64,000 nt of DNA from Candidatus Nomurabacteria bacterium (lineage in GTDB: Bacteria > Patescibacteriota > Minisyncoccia > Phycocordibacterales > UBA9973). The position numbers and the translations under genes were made by a program. The stretch is taken from contig JARIGS010000023.1 in the NCBI GenBank assembly GCA_029288725.1, positions 20,582 through 84,581 of the forward strand, written 5' to 3'. The notes under the pieces were generated by a model, which saw only the letters and a list, made by a program, of their open reading frames with translations, searched no databases and was not told the DNA's origin. Position 1 is the first letter of the stretch. Each line of letters starts with the position of its first letter. Shown piece after piece: positions 57,981-64,000 of the stretch.

Positions 57981-58772
57981 ATGGTTTTTCTACCGTTGTT
58001 CGTATTTATCTTCGGCCTTATCATCGGGAGTTTCCTCAATGTCGTTATCCTTCGTCTGAATACTGGTCGCAGCATTGCTACCGGCCGCTCAGCTTGTGCG
58101 CGCTGCAGTGCGCCATTGTCATGGTATGAGCTCATTCCGGTTTTTTCATTCTTAGGATTGCGAGGGAAGTGCAAGACCTGCAGCAAGCCAATCTCATTCC
58201 AGTACCCACTAGTGGAACTGCTTACTGCCATTGTCTTCATGTTCATTTATACCAGTGTCATCGCTACCTATGGTCTTAGCATCATCGCATTAGCGATCGG
58301 TATTTTTTCTGCTATCGTTGCATCACTGTTGCTCGTGATTTTTGTCTACGATATTCGCCACACCATCATCCCTGACTTGTTGGTCTATCTCTTCATCATT
58401 GCCTCACTGATCGCCATTCTTTGGCAGACCTTTACCGTATCCGGCTTCAATCCCGGCATTGCAATCGTCAACGGCGTATTGGTTGCACTACCTTTCTTCC
58501 TACTCTGGTATTTCTCGAAAGGGAAGTTCATGGGATTTGGTGACGTAAAGCTTGCCATCGGTATGGGCTGGCTGCTCGGCTTAACAGGAGGGGTAAGTGC
58601 AGTGCTGTTTGCATTTTGGATCGGCGGCATTGTCGGCTTGTTCCTTCTTGCATTGACTCGTCGCTATTCAATGCGTTCACAGATACCGTTTGCCCCGTTT
58701 CTTATTGCCGGAACATTCATTGTCGGTGTCTGGGGCGTGACAGTATTTTCTCTTTTTCAATTATGGCAATAG
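57981..58772 (+). CDS. pilD: Prepilin peptidase
   Basis: GSFLNVVI, CARC/CKTC, DIR, GFGDVKL, PFAPF. Confidence 0.94.
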   Translation: MVFLPLFVFIFGLIIGSFLNVVILRLNTGRSIATGRSACARCSAPLSWYELIPVFSFLGLRGKCKTCSKPISFQYPLVELLTAIVFMFIYTSVIATYGLSIIALAIGIFSAIVASLLLVIFVYDIRHTIIPDLLVYLFIIASLIAILWQTFTVSGFNPGIAIVNGVLVALPFFLLWYFSKGKFMGFGDVKLAIGMGWLLGLTGGVSAVLFAFWIGGIVGLFLLALTRRYSMRSQIPFAPFLIAGTFIVGVWGVTVFSLFQLWQ

Positions 58773-59473
58773 TAGACAAACATCCCTCCTTCGCATCTCG
58801 CTTTACTCGACGCTACGGCGCGGCGAGGGGCTTTACGCTCGTGGAAATGCTTGTCGTGGTCGCAATCTTTGCCGTCGTAGCAACTATTCTGCTTTTTAAT
58901 TACTCTGACTTCAGTACCAGTATCGGTGTCCGCAATCTGGCTGAAGAGATTGGTCTCAGTACTCGTAAGGCTCAGACCTATGCAACCGGTGTTCGTGTCA
59001 TCAGTGGTACAAATGGATTGTACAGTGACATGTTCCCGGCCTATGGCGTCACTTTCTCCGTTAATGCCAACGCGGCCACAACCTACGATCCAACCATTAA
59101 TAACTTCGCATTGTTTGCCGACGTTGCGCCTAACAATGACCGTGTCACCAACAATACTTATGACAACAACGGCACGTGTGGCGTACCTGATGTTGGACAG
59201 GAATGCGTTGAGAACTTTGCTTTCACCGGACAGGATACTATTGCCTCACTATGTACTGATGTGCCGACAGCGAACACCTGCATGACGCCGGCCAATGGTG
59301 GGGGAACGGTGAACGTGGTCTTTCACCGTCCAAATCCGGATGCCGTGATCTGCGTCAGCGGGGTAAACTGCGCAACTCGCCAGGCATCGTACGTGAAGGT
59401 GACGGTCCAGTCACCGAAGGGTGCACAGCGTATTATTACTATTTGGAATACTGGTCAGATAAGCGTCAATTAA
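58763..59473 (+). CDS. Minor pilin (FimT/FimU position)
   Basis: RG|FTLVEMLVV; repeat copy in the leader peptide. Confidence 0.85.
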   Translation: MAIVDKHPSFASRFTRRYGAARGFTLVEMLVVVAIFAVVATILLFNYSDFSTSIGVRNLAEEIGLSTRKAQTYATGVRVISGTNGLYSDMFPAYGVTFSVNANAATTYDPTINNFALFADVAPNNDRVTNNTYDNNGTCGVPDVGQECVENFAFTGQDTIASLCTDVPTANTCMTPANGGGTVNVVFHRPNPDAVICVSGVNCATRQASYVKVTVQSPKGAQRIITIWNTGQISVN

Positions 59474-59474
59474 T

Positions 59475-60089
59475 ATGAAATCCACCTTCGTAAAAAACTA
59501 TGGCGAGACGAGGCAGGCAGGCTTTACCCTGGTAGAACTGTTGGTCTCACTGGCATTGTTCAGTGTGGTGCTGACCGCTGCTATTGGTTCGCTATATACC
59601 GTGAATCAGGCATCAGTGCGCGTTAATGCAATGCGTACCGTTCTCGATAACTTGAATTTTGCCACTGAGGCAATGAGTCGCACCATTCGCACCGGACAAA
59701 ACATTGTTTGTGGCGGTGTGGATAATCAAACCGGGGCGCCCAACTGTCCATTCGGAAATTCAAACGGTGCCGGTACTGCCATCTCGCTCGACAGTACGAT
59801 CGATGGCCAGACTGTTGAATATCGCTGGCGCACTGATACGACGACCGGTAACGGCGTCATACAGAAATGCACTGTTGAGAATGGCAGTGTCAGCGACGAC
59901 AAGTGCGTGGCCCTGACCGCACCGGAAATCAATGTCCAGCGCGCAAGCTTCTATGTTGATGGAGCGGATGCTACCGATACCAAGCAGCCAGGTGTTATGA
60001 TGATGATTGAGGGTACCGCCACTGCCGGTCCTGACAATATTGAACCGTTTGATATACAAACGTATGTATCGCAGCGCGCAGGAGAATAA
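59475..60089 (+). CDS. Minor pilin (PilW-like)
   Basis: AG|FTLVELLVS. Confidence 0.85.
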   Translation: MKSTFVKNYGETRQAGFTLVELLVSLALFSVVLTAAIGSLYTVNQASVRVNAMRTVLDNLNFATEAMSRTIRTGQNIVCGGVDNQTGAPNCPFGNSNGAGTAISLDSTIDGQTVEYRWRTDTTTGNGVIQKCTVENGSVSDDKCVALTAPEINVQRASFYVDGADATDTKQPGVMMMIEGTATAGPDNIEPFDIQTYVSQRAGE

Positions 60090-60090
60090 T

Positions 60091-60651
60091 ATGAATAACC
60101 ACCATTCACAATCTGGCTTTACTTTAATCGAGACTCTCATCGCTATCTTTATTCTGACCATGACCATTGGCGGGCTGCTTACTCTTGCGGCAAATGGTTA
60201 TTTCTCCGTTCGCTATGCCCGCAATCAGATTACGGCCAACAATCTTCTTCAGGAATCATTGGAGTATGTTCGCAATAACCGTGATACGAGCTTGCAGCAG
60301 GGAGGTGATTGGAATCAGTGGGTGAATGGTTTGCAGGCTGCCGGCTGCATGAGCACCAATGGTTGTACCGTTGATGCCTACAGTACCGCTTCTCCTATTC
60401 GGGCATGTGGCAATACTTGTGAAGCTATGACGTTTTATCCTGATAACGGTCTCTATGGATATGCCGACGCGTCGTACCCTTCAACCGTTCAGCCGATTAA
60501 GCCCCCTTATCTCACGACCTATACTCGCGCCATTACCATTCAGGAAAATACGCCGGACGAACTGACCGTGACCTCAACGATGCACTGGATGAATGGCAAT
60601 GCAAAGCAGACATTGACCCAGTCAGTCGTCATCACTAATTGGCATCTATAA
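60091..60651 (+). CDS. Minor pilin (PilV-like)
   Basis: SG|FTLIETLIAI. Confidence 0.85.
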   Translation: MNNHHSQSGFTLIETLIAIFILTMTIGGLLTLAANGYFSVRYARNQITANNLLQESLEYVRNNRDTSLQQGGDWNQWVNGLQAAGCMSTNGCTVDAYSTASPIRACGNTCEAMTFYPDNGLYGYADASYPSTVQPIKPPYLTTYTRAITIQENTPDELTVTSTMHWMNGNAKQTLTQSVVITNWHL

Positions 60652-60652
60652 T

Positions 60653-63201
<2,549 letters not shown>

Positions 63202-63209
63202 TGTGGGGT

Positions 63210-63497
63210 ATGAGTAAAACGCTTACGGTAGAGGAGACAAAACGATTGGCAACATTGGCGCGATTGACGGTGCCAGAAGGGGAATTGGAAGCGGTATCGC
63301 AGGATATTGCCAACATTTTAGGTTTTGTCGATACTATTCAGTCTGTGCAGCTGGGCGACCAGGCTGCTGACAGTAGCAACCTTACCAATGTCTTTCGTGA
63401 GGATGCTGTCCATCCACTGGCAGCAGCTCATGATCTGATCGAGGTAGCCCCATTGCATCAGGATCATTTTGTAAAGGTACCAAAGGTTATTGAGTAG
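63210..63497 (+). CDS. gatC: Asp/Glu-tRNA amidotransferase subunit C
   Basis: LATLARL..NVFRED..VKVPKV. Confidence 0.92.
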   Translation: MSKTLTVEETKRLATLARLTVPEGELEAVSQDIANILGFVDTIQSVQLGDQAADSSNLTNVFREDAVHPLAAAHDLIEVAPLHQDHFVKVPKVIE

Positions 63498-63501
63498 TCA
63501 T

Positions 63502-64000
63502 ATGGAATATCCCACTATCGAACAATTGCATACGAAGCTTATCAATAAGGAGATCACTGTTGCTGATCTTGTCGCTGAATACGTTGATCGTGCCAAGGCC
63601 AGTGACCTGAATGCCTTTCGGGAAATCTTTGCTGATACAGACATTGCCGCACAGGTAGCAGTAGCGGAGGCGATGTTTCAGCAGGGTACTGCAACAGTCC
63701 TAACCGGTATGCCCATTGCCCTGAAGGACAACATCCTCTTTGGCGGGCATGTCGTCAGTGGCAGTTCAAAAATGCTGGAACACTATACTGCCAGCTACGA
63801 TGCGACCGTGGTGGCAAAGATGAAAGAGGCCGGTGCAGTCATCATTGGCCGCACGAACATGGATGAATTTGCCATGGGATCCTCAACGGAAAATTCAGCC
63901 TATGGTCCGACCAAAAATCCTCACGATACCAGCAAGGTCCCCGGCGGTTCTTCTGGCGGCTCTGCTGCAGCAGTAGCTGCAGGACTTTGTGTTGCGGCAT
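63502..64000 (+). CDS. gatA: Asp/Glu-tRNA amidotransferase subunit A, partial
   Basis: Manual translation: [46 protein letters not shown]. Confidence 0.95.
   Translation, partial: MEYPTIEQLHTKLINKEITVADLVAEYVDRAKASDLNAFREIFADTDIAAQVAVAEAMFQQGTATVLTGMPIALKDNILFGGHVVSGSSKMLEHYTASYDATVVAKMKEAGAVIIGRTNMDEFAMGSSTENSAYGPTKNPHDTSKVPGGSSGGSAAAVAAGLCVAA

Overview
64 kb of a Patescibacteria (CPR, Parcubacteria-like) chromosome; the taxonomy is inferred from gene content (no rpmD/L30, monoderm-type pilus locus without a secretin) and standard code 11 fits. Core content: str/S10/spc ribosomal clusters, secY-adk-map, infC-rpmI-rplT, truB, smpB-tmRNA, ftsH, recG, radC/comF/comEC, a type IV pilus cluster, ligA, gatCA, and three tRNAs (Ile-UAU, Ser-ACU, Ser-GCU). 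Many stand-alone orphan cassettes sit between these genes. Main observations: (1) the smpB stop codon lies inside the tmRNA 5' end, which suggests a nonstop-mRNA feedback loop; (2) a non-canonical (TA)AGAGTT(GAT) motif sits at Shine-Dalgarno distance before ribosomal genes and predicts an altered anti-SD; (3) a ~32-bp palindromic repeat family is inserted in frame in proteins and forms an inverted pair beside a solo GIY-YIG nuclease; (4) orphan PemK/NYN RNase genes are each followed by a convergent promoter plus mini-hairpin RNA; (5) two PorV-like beta-barrels and other Bacteroidota-style secreted proteins occur in an apparently outer-membrane-less cell; (6) rare-anticodon tRNAs, and an array of 60-bp repeats and orphan ORFs behind tRNA-Ile. 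All calls come from reading the sequence by eye; no searches or folding programs were run.
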